A stretch of 57,030 bases of DNA, the filler included, from Malassezia furfur (taxonomy: Eukaryota), in NCBI GenBank assembly GCA_052055015.1. It is 2 parts of 2 records of this genome, joined end to end, with 100 filler letters (N's around TTAATTAATTAA, not from the genome) between each part and the next. Parts side by side here need not be neighbours in the genome. Positions count along the whole stretch, not along the records: positions 1 to 28,535 come from JBQJIT010000110.1; 1 more part is not named here. One strand, 5' to 3'. Below are positions 11,470-22,661 of this stretch, in pieces (the stretch's first letter is position 1; each line of letters opens with the position of its first letter). Below the pieces are notes generated by a model. The model did no database searches. It was not told where the DNA came from and worked only from the letters and a program-made list of their open reading frames with translations. The position numbers and the translations under genes are program-made.

Positions 11470-13254
11470 ATGCAGCCGCGATTCGTCTCGAAGAAGGAGC
11501 GCGAGGCGCATCGCGACCAGGAAAAGCAGGCTGAGGCCGCCGCGGAGGCGGAGCGGCTGCAGCGCGCCAAAGAAGCGCGGCGCGCGTGGGAAGGCCAGGC
11601 GGCAGCAGCGACGACCGACGCGGCGCGTGCGCCTGCCAAGCGCGCCGCGACTCCGAGCGAGTACGATACCCCCGAGCCGAGTGATGACGGCGGCAGCGAT
11701 GCGATCCGGCAGCGCTACCTTGGCGCGCGCCCCGATCGTGCGCGCAAAGTGCGCCGGTCCAACGACCCCACGAAGCGCTTCCAGTTTGAGTGGGACCAGA
11801 CCGAGGACACCACCGATCCGCACCAGCTCGCACTCGCCGAGTCGGTGCAGACGCCCGTGCTGGCCGGGCGCGCGGGTCTCGAGGGCTCCGAGCGCCGCGG
11901 CGGCCGCCCGAGTGTGCTCAAGTCGACGCTCGACGAGAAGCACTGGACCGAGAAGCCGCTGAGCGAGATGAAGGAGCGCGACTGGCGCATCTTCCGCGAG
12001 GACTACGGCATCGCGGTCAAGGGTGGTGCCATCCCGCCGCCGTTGCGGTCGTGGCGCGAGTCGTCGATCCCCGTGCCGGTGCTCGAAGCGATCGCCGAGA
12101 TTGGGTACAAGGAGCCGTCGCCCGTGCAGCGGCAGGCGATCCCCATCGGGCTGGAGCGGCGCGACCTGATCGGCATCGCCGAGACCGGCTCGGGCAAGAC
12201 GGCGTCGTTTGTGATCCCGATGCTGGCATATGTCGCCGAACTGCCGCGGCTCGACGAGGCGAATGCGCACCTCGGCCCGTACGCGCTGATTCTGTCGCCC
12301 ACGCGCGAGCTGGCGCAGCAGATCGAGGCCGAGGCGCGCAAGCTCGTGACGCGCCTCGGCGTGTCGGTCGTGTCGGTCGTGGGTGGGCGCGACATTACCG
12401 AGCAGGCCTTCCACCTGCAGCGCGGCGCCGAGATTGTCATTGCGACGCCCGGCCGTCTGAAAGACTTGCTGGAGCAGCGCATCGTGATGCTTGGGCAGTG
12501 CCACTACCTTGTGATGGACGAGGCGGACCGTATGGTCGACATGAACTACGAAGCGGAGCTCGACTACATCTTGTCGCATCTGCCGCGCGATGCGTCCGAG
12601 TCGCGGGCGCGGCGCGTGACAATGCTCTACTCGGCGACGATGCCGCCGTACGTCGAGAAGATTGCGCGCACCTACCTGACGCGCCCGGCCACCGTGCTCA
12701 TCGGCAACGCCGGGCAGGCGGTCGGCACCGTCGACCAGCAGGTCGAGTTTGTGCACGGCGAGGAGAAGCGCAAGGCGCGCCTGCTCGCCGTGCTCGACAG
12801 CGGCCTGCCGCCGCCGATGATTGTGTTTGTCAACCAAAAGACGACCGCGGACCAGATCGGCCGCGAGCTGCGCCGCGCGGGGTGGCGCGTCGCTGTGCTC
12901 CACTCGGGGCTGTCGCAGACGCAGCGCGAGGCGTCTATTGCGTCGCTGCGCGAGGGGCGCAACGAGGTGCTATGCTGCACCGACATTGGTGCGCGCGGTA
13001 TCGACCTGCCCGACGTGTCGTTGGTGGTCAACTACCAGTTCCCCACCAACTTCCCCTCGTACATCCACCGCATTGGGCGCACGGGCCGTGCCGGCAAGGC
13101 GGGCCGCGCCGTGACGTTTGTGGACGACGACGACGCCGAGCACCTGTTTGCGCTGAAGCAAGAGGTGGCCAAGTCGCCCGTGTCCAAGGTGCCGATGGAG
13201 CTCGCGCGGCACCCCGCGGCGCAGGCGCCGCCGACCGCGGTGCGCGGTGCGTAG
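11470..13254 (+). CDS. PRP28: Pre-mRNA splicing DEAD-box helicase Prp28
   Basis: KHWTEKPLSEMKERDWRIFREDYGI signature, AETGSGKT, PTRELAQQ, DEAD, SAT, HRIGRTGRAG; intronless. Confidence 0.93.
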   Translation: MQPRFVSKKEREAHRDQEKQAEAAAEAERLQRAKEARRAWEGQAAAATTDAARAPAKRAATPSEYDTPEPSDDGGSDAIRQRYLGARPDRARKVRRSNDPTKRFQFEWDQTEDTTDPHQLALAESVQTPVLAGRAGLEGSERRGGRPSVLKSTLDEKHWTEKPLSEMKERDWRIFREDYGIAVKGGAIPPPLRSWRESSIPVPVLEAIAEIGYKEPSPVQRQAIPIGLERRDLIGIAETGSGKTASFVIPMLAYVAELPRLDEANAHLGPYALILSPTRELAQQIEAEARKLVTRLGVSVVSVVGGRDITEQAFHLQRGAEIVIATPGRLKDLLEQRIVMLGQCHYLVMDEADRMVDMNYEAELDYILSHLPRDASESRARRVTMLYSATMPPYVEKIARTYLTRPATVLIGNAGQAVGTVDQQVEFVHGEEKRKARLLAVLDSGLPPPMIVFVNQKTTADQIGRELRRAGWRVAVLHSGLSQTQREASIASLREGRNEVLCCTDIGARGIDLPDVSLVVNYQFPTNFPSYIHRIGRTGRAGKAGRAVTFVDDDDAEHLFALKQEVAKSPVSKVPMELARHPAAQAPPTAVRGA

Positions 13255-13294
13255 CCTTCTGTACTTCCGTAGCCGTGATCCCTAGATGGCTTCG

Positions 13295-16200
13295 CTATGG
13301 CCCAGTCAGCAGCCGGGTGCGCAGGCTCTCGTCGAGCTCGGCAATCTCGGCTCGGAGGCGCGCCAGGTGCGCCTCCTTGTTGGCGGCCTCGAGCGCCACG
13401 TGGTGCGACTCGAGCTGCGTGGCGGCAAACGCGTCCGTGTCCGCCGGGGTGTATTCGGCGAGCTCGTACAGCATCGCCTGCGTCTCGGCAAGCGACAGGG
13501 CGTCGTTGGCGCGCTGCAGCGCACGCTGCGCACGCACCTCGGCGAGGCGGCGGCGCGCACGCCAGTAAAAGTAGTTGCGCGCCTCACTCCAGGGCACGGC
13601 GCGGCGCAGCACGCCCGTCGCGAGCATGCGGCCCGCACGGTCGTGCGCGTCGGCGTACTCGGTTGCAATCGCAGTGAAGAAGGGTGCAATTTGGCGCTCG
13701 CGCTCGGCGAGGCGCACTTTCGCCGCCGCGCGCTCGGACGCATCGGCGGTGCGCACGGCGTTGGCCAGGGCCGCGTACTGTGCGTCGAGGCGCTCCATCG
13801 TCGCGCGCTGCTTGTCCGCACGGTACTTGATCTCGACGAGGCCCGCGGCCTCGAGCACACCGCCACGCGCCGAGTCCGAGTCGGCGCTCATCTCGATCAT
13901 CCCGTTGGCGTTCACCGCCGAGTCGATCACCACCCACGAGCCGCCGCGCAGCTCGCCGGCGGGCGGGATGTGGACAAACACGGGCTGGGTGTAGCTCGAG
14001 AGCGCATCGACAATCTTGCTGCCCTGCTTGAGCACCTCGTCGTACATGTCCTGCTGCCCGCCACTGAAGCCACGCCAGTTGGCGAGCATCAGGAGCGGCA
14101 GGCCCTCGCGCTGGAAGTCGAGGATCGCCTGCGCCGTCTTGTACGCCGAGTTGGGGTACCACACCTGGCCCGCCTCAAACACGCGCTGCTCGTTCGAGTT
14201 GGGGTTCGCGGGGTCCGCGGGCATCACGCGCTCGAGCGTGCGCGTCTCGACGGCAATCACACCAAACGGAATGCCGCCGAGGCGCGCGCGGCCCACCACG
14301 ACGCTCGTGGCCCAGCCCGCGAGCGTCTCTTGGAACGAGCCCCGGTCAAAAAGGCCGGGCACAAACGTGCCGTCGGCCCGCTCCTCGCCGGCAATCAGGT
14401 GGCGCGGGTCGTACGGCGTGGTGGTCGGCGTGAATGCCACGGGGCGCTCGGGCGGGTCGAGCGTCGCGCCGATCGGCGGCGGCAGCCCAGCGCGCGCCGG
14501 CACGAAGGCGAGCCAGCGCAGGTAGGCGACCATCGCCTCGAGGTCCGACGGCACGGTCAGGTGCGACACACCGTTGCTGTACATGATTTGCGGACCACCC
14601 AGCTGCAGGTTGCTCGTGTACACCTCGCGGCCCAGCAGCTTGTTGAGCGCCTGGAAACCGGTCAGGATCATCGGCGAGCTCTCCACCTGGATCACGCGGC
14701 CACCCAGGCGCGCAAGGTACGCACCAATGCCCACGCTGCGGCCCGTGACGATCGTCGTGGTAAACACGGACTGGCGCGCACGGCTCATCTCGCCGGCAAT
14801 CAGACCCGAGCCCGAGAGACACTCGACACCCAGGCCGTCGGTCGACGTGCCGATGATGTCAGTCAGCACGTGGTGCGTCGTGCCGTCCGCGGCACGCACC
14901 GCGCGCGTCTTGACCGAGCCGGGCGCCGTCGCATTGAGCTGCGCGAGCGCGTCGTCGTCCAGGTACAGGTACTCGAAGCCCATCGCGGGGTCGCCGTTGG
15001 TAAACTGCACCTTGAACAGGTCCATCGGCTCGGTCGCCAGGCCGATGCGCGCACCACTGTTCGACGACACGTACAGCAACGGCAGGCCGTGCGCACGCGC
15101 CTCGCGCGCCATCGCCGCAAAGAAGGCGTCCTCGGCGGGGCCGAACGAGCCGGCCTGCCACGTGACGTCGTTCGCGACGAGCAGCACCGTGCGGCCGTTG
15201 GGGTACTCGGGCGTGTCGAGCACGAGGCGCCAGCCGACCATACCGATCGTGTTCGACGCGGGCGTGCGCTGCACGGTGCGCAGCACGCCGTCGACCAGCA
15301 CGAGCTCCTCGGCGCTGCGCACGGGGTCCGCCGGCGTCGCCTCCACACCGAGCTGCTCGGCGTAGATGCGGCGCAGCGCCTGGCGCAGGGCGTCGACCAA
15401 GTCGTACACGAACGTCGTGCCCAGGCGGTACGCACGCGCGCGGCGCATCTCGAGCATCGGGCGGTTCTGGTACGCGCGGTGCGCACTCTTGCGGTGCAGC
15501 GGCGCACTGTGCGGATCCGCCCCGAGGCTCTTGAGCACCGCCGCGCCGTTGGCGTCGATCACCTCGTCGTAGATGTCGTAGCGCTGCGTGAACGTCGTCT
15601 CGGTTGAGGCAAACACGCGCACGGGGCGCGGGCCGTTGGGCGTCTGCAGCACGATGCGGATCTCGGCTTCGGTCACCTGCATGCGCGTCAGACGCGAGTC
15701 GTGGCGCTCGACAAACTCGGTCAGCGTGCGCATCACGTCGGGCAGCTCAATCTCCATCGGGTACAGGAACGAGATGAAGATGTGCGATGCATCCGCGTTG
15801 CGGAACTCGGCGCGCCCTTGCGACACCTCGAGCATGCTCAGGATGTCGTTCAGAATCCGCTCGCTCTCGGTGCTGAGGTAGAGCGCCACGTCCGTCTGCG
15901 GACGCCCGGGGCGGATCAGCGCACGCACAAAGAAGCGCACGTCGGAGCGGTTCGTATGGCCCTGCGCGTAGTACAGGTGCACACTCGAGCTGCTCAACGG
16001 CACGGGCACCACGTCGAAGTTCTTCGTGATGCGGTCGAGCTCCAGCTGGTACGAGAGCGCCGGCTCCACGTTCTGGATCGCGCGCTGCTCGCGCCATTCG
16101 CCCGAGTCCATGCGGCGGAGCGTGACGTAGAGCGGATACACGCCCGCATGGCACAGCATCACCGTGACACGGCGCAGGCCGGCGGCGTTCAGCTCCGACG

Positions 16201-19200
16201 CGCTGCGCATCACAATCTCGGCAATCTCGGGGATCAGCTTGGGGTCCCTGAGCTGGGGCTGGTGTGTGATGGCGACGTAGAGCACATTGACGGGCTCGGC
16301 GGCCTTCGGCACGAAGTACTTCATCGCGCCGTGCAGCGCCGTGGCGAGCTCCGAAACGTTCGCACAGCTCGTCATCGCACCGAGACGCAGCTTGGGGCGC
16401 GTGCGCCGGTTCATGTGCTCGGCCAGGTCCGTGGAGGATGCCTGGCGCTCCTTCTCCTTGGCACGGTTCAGCAGCACGTCCTGCGACATCTGGAACTGCC
16501 ACGTGATCAGCGCGCGCGTCTCGTCGCGGTTCGTCGACTCGCTCGCAAAGTTGAACGAGACGATGTCGTAGGCGCGGTACGCACGCATCACGTACGTCAC
16601 CAAGGCCGCGTACGCCACCGCGCGATTGGGGTGCGCAAAGAAGGTGTTCAGCACGTCAAACACGTTGTACGGCGTGTCGCTCAGCTCGCGCAACACCGCC
16701 AGCGACGGCGCACGCAGCTCGTCGCCCGGCGTGTCGCTCGTGACGCTCGCCGTGAGGATCTTCTCGATCTGTGCCTGACGGTCGCGGAGCGACGGCAGCT
16801 CGGCACTCAGCAAAATCTCGCGCGACTTGAGCGCAACGGGCGCCGCCTGCGGACTGCTCAACTGCGAGAGGTTGCGCAGGACATTGACCATACGCTGCGT
16901 CTGCTCCGTCTTGTTCACCATACCCGTGGCCTTGACATGCTGGTCGAGCAGCACCAGCAGCAGGTCGTTGCTGCGCCGCAGACCCGCGTGCGCAATCTGC
17001 AGCGCCACCACCTGGTTCAAGTCGCCCTCGGCCGCCGCACGCAGGCGCAGCAGCGACTCGGGGCCCTCGGCAAACTGCGTCTCCACCGCATAGTAGCGCT
17101 CCAACAGCCGCGACAGCGTCGTGATCTGGAAGTGGCGCAGCGAGCCCGAGCCGTAGGCGTCGAGCAGCGTGTAGAGCGGCGTCACGTTCGTTTCCAGGTT
17201 CATGCGCATCGTCGCGTCCGGCGTATTGGCCACCGCCAGGTCGAGCTCCGTACGCAGCTGGTCCGCGGGGAAGACGCCCTCGCCGGGCGCCACGGAATCG
17301 AGCGTGGCACGAAGTGTGTCCTCCAGGCGGCCGGGAAGACGGCCGTGCAGGCTCGCGAGGATTTGGAGCACCTGGTAGTACGGCAGTCGAGGGTCCGACA
17401 TGGTCGCCATCAGCTCGTTGATGCTCTCCGGCACGCGCTCCTGCTCGTCGTAGCCGTCCAGCACCGACTCGAGGACGTGCAGCGCGGCCTCGAAGCGCTG
17501 GTGAGGCTTCGAGCCGTGGATCTCGGGCAGGCCGTAGTCAGGCAGGCGCCCGTCAAACGGCACCGCACGCTGGATCTTGCTCGCATCGTCCACGGTGAGC
17601 ACACCAAGAAGGTCACCGGGGCTGAGCGACACACCAGGCGTCTTGACAAAGGTAATCAGGCCGTCTTCCTGTGCGACGAGCGGCAGATACATCTTCATGA
17701 CCTCGATCTCGGCAATCGTCTGTCCCGCCGTGACATGCTCACCGCTCTCCACCAGCAGCCGAACCAGCTTGCCGGGCGACGGGCTGCAGATCTGCGTCGG
17801 GTCGTTCTCCTCCTCGATCACACACGTGCGCCCGTCGATGATGAGGCGCGTCTGGCCGACTTCGTCGAGCCAGTACGTGGGGTACGACTTGTTCGCCAGG
17901 CCGATCAGCAGACCACCGTCCGACAACGTGTGCAGCGACACGCGCGTCACACCGCCATTCAGCTCAAGCGTCCAGCTGCCAGGCGACGAACGCGTCGCGG
18001 TGAAGCGGTACTTGTGGTTCTCGTAGATGAACTCCACAGGGAACGTGATCCGGATCGTGTTGCGCGGCGGCACCTGCCCACGGTGCAAGATGCGCTTGAA
18101 CTCTTCGACACACTCATGCGCCTGCGTGTGCGCCTTGATCATCGCGCCGCAGATCACCGCGAGGTCACGCGGCGGGCGCTCGGCCGTAACCTGCTCCTGA
18201 ATCAACCCATCGAGCCAGCCGGTGGTGATGCGGTTCTCGGCGAAGGCCTCCATCTCGAGCAGCATGATGAGGTACTCGACCGTGGTGCGGAACTCGCCGC
18301 GGATCGAGATCTCCTTCAAGCTGAAGACCATGTGCTTGCGCGCCTCTTCGCGGTCCTTGCCGTACGCAAAGATGTGTCCGAACTGCGAGTCGGCGTACTC
18401 GTGCAGCGCGCCGCTGTTGCTCACACTGAAGTAGCCCCACGTCGACGTGCTTGAGCGGAAGTTGAGCTCCGACAAGGAGCCAACACCCGGCTTAAAGCCC
18501 GTGTCGGGGTTCTCGGCAGTGATACGGCACGCAATGACGTGGCCGTGCGGCTGCGGCTCGCGCTGCTCGGCAGGGCGCAGCGCCAGGTTGTTCTCGTCAA
18601 AGTCGATCGGGGACGTGCCCTCCATCTCGAGGCCATACAGCCGGCGGATCTCGGCAATGCGGTTCAGCGGGATACCCATCGCGATCTGCAGCTGGGTCGC
18701 GGGGATGTTGACGTCGGTCACCATCTCGGTGGTGGGGTGCTCGACCTGCAAGCGGGGGTTCAGCTCAAGGAATGCAAACTCGTTCGTGTCAGGCGAGTAG
18801 AGCCACTCGACCGTACCCGCGGAGACGTAGCCCACTAGCTTTGCAAGGCGTACCGCAGCCTGCTCCATCTGCTTGCGCGCAAGGGGCGGCGCAACCGTCA
18901 CGGGCGCCTCCTCGATGATCTTTTGGTGACGGCGCTGCACGGAGCAGTCACGGCCAAACAGACTAATGGCGTTGCCGTATTGGTCGGCAATCAGCTGCAC
19001 CTCCAGATGCCGCGCCTGACCGGCCAGCTTCATGATGAAGATGGGCGAGCCAGGCACCTCACCAACCGCAGCATGGTAAAGCTGCGAGAACTGCTCGGGC
19101 GCCATACACATGCGGATACCCTTTCCACCACCGCCCTCGCTCGCCTTGATCATGACGGGGAAGCCGATTTTGATGGCGCAGTTGAGGCCTTCCTCTGCCG

Positions 19201-19860
19201 AGTGCACACACGCACGCTGGTACACTTCGTCCGACACGGTCAAGTATCCTTCCTTGCCGATCATCGTCTCCTTGATACCGGTACCCGACCACTGCATACA
19301 CGGCACATCGGCATGCTGCGCAACGATCGTCGACGAGATTTTGTCGCCCAGCGACCGCATCGCCGATCCAGGAGGGCCGATGAAGAGGATGCGCGGCTCC
19401 AAGCGCGCAAGCGACTCAGGTAGCCGGGGATTTTCGGAGGCGTGGCCCCTGCGGTCAGTTTGTATCGCACGTACCATCCCGCCCACACCGCGTGCACACC
19501 GGCGCGCTCGGCAACGTCCACAATCAGCTCGACGTTAGCGTAGTTGTTGCCGTTCGGGCCACCCGGCACCTCGACGTAGTGGTCTGCCATGCGAATATAC
19601 TCTGCATTCACGCGGAGGTCCTCGGGCGTGGCCATCACAGTGAACTGGATAGCGCGATCATCGCCAAAGGTCTGGTACGCCCATTTGCGCACCGAACGAA
19701 TCTCTTTCACGGCCGCAATACCGTTATTGCAGATGAGGATTTTCGTAATGACACTGTGTCCGCCGTGCGAGCGCACAAAGTCAGTCACAATGCCCGGCGG
19801 AGCATCGCGTAGCGTGGTCCCGCCGTAAAAATGCTTGTCGACTTTGGGGAGCTCGGTCAT
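13295..19860 (-). CDS. ACC1: Acetyl-CoA carboxylase (BC-BCCP-CT multidomain)
   Basis: [24 protein letters not shown], biotin site EVMKM, carboxyltransferase motifs ([16 protein letters not shown]). One 26-nt intron 19449-19474. Confidence 0.97.
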
Positions 19861-20419
19861 TCTCACAGAAAAGGCACGAGTTGGGGATGCTGGGTGTAGC
19901 ACCTTGCGCTTCCTCGTGTATTTCCAGCGCGTCTAGACACGGTCCTGCTTCTGAGGATACGATCCAAAGCACGACGATGCCGCAGCCTAGAAGACGCCAA
20001 AACGGCTCGTCTCAACAATGTCAAGAAGACCCTATGTTCGTGCGCGCGCGCGGCCTGTCACCGCCGAAAAAGCTTACGTGAATAATCCGGCGCCAATAGG
20101 TGCCGCGCGGCCGACAATCCAGGCCCAGCAAATCGGAGTCCCGGATATAGAACGCCCCGCCTCTCCGCTGCTGCCACGCGTGACCAATCAGTAGCGCGGA
20201 ATTAGCCTCCCGGACCTAGAGGGCCTGTAGGCGTGCGCCGTGAACCTTGGGCGGTCTCGAAAAAGCCAGTGCATACTACAGGTGTATTCGGCATGCGCGT
20301 CGCGCCTTGCCAGGTACACAAATGTGCGTACAGACAGGGACTATGCAACAGGCGCGCAGTGCCCAATTGCCCATGAACACGCGGTAGATATTCGTCGATA
20401 CGAAGCTTTTTAGCCCGGT

Positions 20420-21503
20420 TTAGTGCTTGCCAGCGTTCTTCGGCGGGTCGTACACAATCTTGCGGTTCATGATCGGCGACCACTTGAAGCGCTTGGTCCA
20501 CACGGCCAGAGCAAACATGCTCGAAAGAAGGATGATGGCACGGAAACCAGCGCGCTTGCGTTGGTCCTGCTCGGGCTCCGAGGCCCAGTGCCTGATCGGT
20601 CAGTCGAGTTCGGGCAACGTACAGGAAGGTGACGACGTCCTTGGCCATCTGGCTCGTCGTAGCCGGAGTACCGTCGGGGTATTCCACAAGACCGTCAAAC
20701 AGGACACGCGCCATGGCAATCTGGGTGCCCGGGAAGAAGGGGTTGTAGTTCAGGCCCTCCTGGACGTTGAAGCCCGCAGGCGGGTCGCAGTAGCCGGTAA
20801 GCAGCGAGAAGACGTAGTCAGCACCACCGTGGCGGGCCTTGATGATAAGACTCAGGTCCGGCGGCAGGGCACCGGCGTTCGCAGAGCGCGCGGCCTCCTC
20901 GTTGGGGTAGGGGCTCGGGAGATAGTCCGCAAGCTTACCGGGGCGCTGGAACATGTCACCATCGTCGTTCGGACCGTCGGTGTATTCCACCTCGGCAGCC
21001 ATCGCCTTGGCCTCGTCGACGGTGTGCGACACACCCACCAGGTTACGCCAGGCAATGCGCTGCAGCGAGTGGCAGGTCGCGCACACCTCCTGGTACACTT
21101 GGAAGCCACGGCGGATCGACATGTGGTCGTAAGTGTCGAACCAGCCAAGCGACGACCAGCGGTACGCAGGCGGGTGCAGGCCATCCTCCGCGGGGCTGCT
21201 GGCACTCAGCGAGTCCACAAAGGGAAGCTCGCCGTACACCTGCTGATACCAGACCACCGAGCCGACAGCGACGGCGGTAGCGGCAATCGCCGAGGTGCGC
21301 GAAGTGAGCGCCGACTGCAGGATAAGCGTGCGCTTCGCGTACATACCGAAACCTTCGACTCAGCGCGAGTGGAAGCGAAACGAACCTGCGCGGTCAGCAT
21401 TCTATCCAGCACCCTCGTATCAACGTACAGGCTGCGCGGGAGCCGCCTTGAACAGCGAGCGGGCCGCGGCGGCACGGGCAGAAGAAGAGAACAGCTGCGC
21501 CAT
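20420..21503 (-). CDS. CYT1: Cytochrome c1 (complex III)
   Basis: [17 protein letters not shown] heme Cxx[17 protein letters not shown]-terminal TM. Introns 21386-21428, 21315-21346, 20592-20622. Confidence 0.96.
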
Positions 21504-21702
21504 ATTACTGTTAAGGTGCACGAGCAAGATACTTGGGGCTGGCGCTCCGCGTAATTGCCTTCACCTCAATGGGTATGGATACAGTAAAACACGGGTCTCG
21601 CAAATTTCGGCCATTGCCCGCACTCCCACGGCTTCTTCGCCCGACTCGGTTTCGTCAACCAGTCCAGCACGCGCCGATTTCCCATCGGCCGGTACGGTTG
21701 GA

Positions 21703-21707
21703 CCAAT
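21703..21707. promoter_or_regulatory. CCAAT box (GACCAATCA) in the CYT1/ABZ2 divergent promoter; same GACCAATCA at 20182-20190 upstream of ACC1
   Basis: Matches the CCAAT-binding (HAP/NF-Y) consensus. HAP control of CYT1 is established in yeast; function here is inferred. Confidence 0.45.
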
Positions 21708-21800
21708 CAGCGCGCTAGCATTTCTAGGCGAGCCACGCACCGGAAGCGCCCGGAAAGCCAGTGGAGGCCACGTGGAGGCCCTGCCACGGCGCAGCGCACC

Positions 21801-22658
21801 ATGCCAAGCGTGCAGGAGCCAGTACCTAGCGAGGCGTTTACAAGCGTGCGGTGCGTGCGCGACGCAGCACCGCCAGCGTGTTCGGTAGATGTGCTCTTAC
21901 CAGATGCTCTGAAAGGACAGGGCCGGGACGTACCTGTCCCGTCCGACGATGCGCGCATCCTGCAGCATCCGTTGGCGGCGCACGTCCCTCTTTGGACCGC
22001 GCACGTCCATCGCCTCCTGCAGTCGTCCTCACAGCTCGCCAAGCTCTTCCCAGAGCAATGGGGGCATACCGCGTGGACCATTGAGACCATCCTCGAGTCC
22101 GACGCCGTCACTCAGCTCTGGGAACACGTCCAAGGCATCCAGGGCACCGACACACTACAACTCCGCGCCAGTCTACGCCTCGCCCAGGACGGCACATCAC
22201 GCGCGGTCGTGGCCCCTTTCCCTCTCTCAAATAGGGAGCCGGTCCCTGTGCGGCTCGATACCCAGACAACAGCGCTTGAACGGGCGACCGCCGCACTCAA
22301 AACGGACCTCCGCGCAGAGTACGATGCGAGTCGGCAGCGTGTCCATGCGGACCTTGCAGGAAAGCTCCCAAATACGTGCTTTGACGCTCTACTGTGGAAG
22401 CAGGGCACATCGGAGCATGAGCGCTGGCTCACCGAGTCGAGCATTGCCAACATCGTACTTCACGTGCCAGACAAGGGATGGTTCACTCCGCCCTTTGACG
22501 GCCTTTTGCCGGGCCTGCTCATCCAGGAGTTGGTGCGCAGCGGTCGTGTGTCGCGCGCGCCCCTCGCAGTAGACGAAGTGCGTGCACAACTCGCGGCTGG
22601 CGCGCAACTGTGGCTCGGAAACGCAGTCCGGGGACTATTTCCGGTGATATGGGAGTAG
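21801..22658 (+). CDS. Class IV PLP enzyme, 4-amino-4-deoxychorismate lyase (Abz2)-like
   Basis: LKTDLRAEYD (PLP Lys region), TESSIANI, WFTPP..GLLPG, LGNAVRG. Confidence 0.75.
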   Translation: MPSVQEPVPSEAFTSVRCVRDAAPPACSVDVLLPDALKGQGRDVPVPSDDARILQHPLAAHVPLWTAHVHRLLQSSSQLAKLFPEQWGHTAWTIETILESDAVTQLWEHVQGIQGTDTLQLRASLRLAQDGTSRAVVAPFPLSNREPVPVRLDTQTTALERATAALKTDLRAEYDASRQRVHADLAGKLPNTCFDALLWKQGTSEHERWLTESSIANIVLHVPDKGWFTPPFDGLLPGLLIQELVRSGRVSRAPLAVDEVRAQLAAGAQLWLGNAVRGLFPVIWE

Positions 22659-22661
22659 CTA

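Noticed and set aside
13286..18454. Long + strand ORFs (773 and 917 aa) opposite ACC1
   Set aside because: Antisense shadows of a GC3-rich CDS; Arg/Ala-rich with no domain signal.
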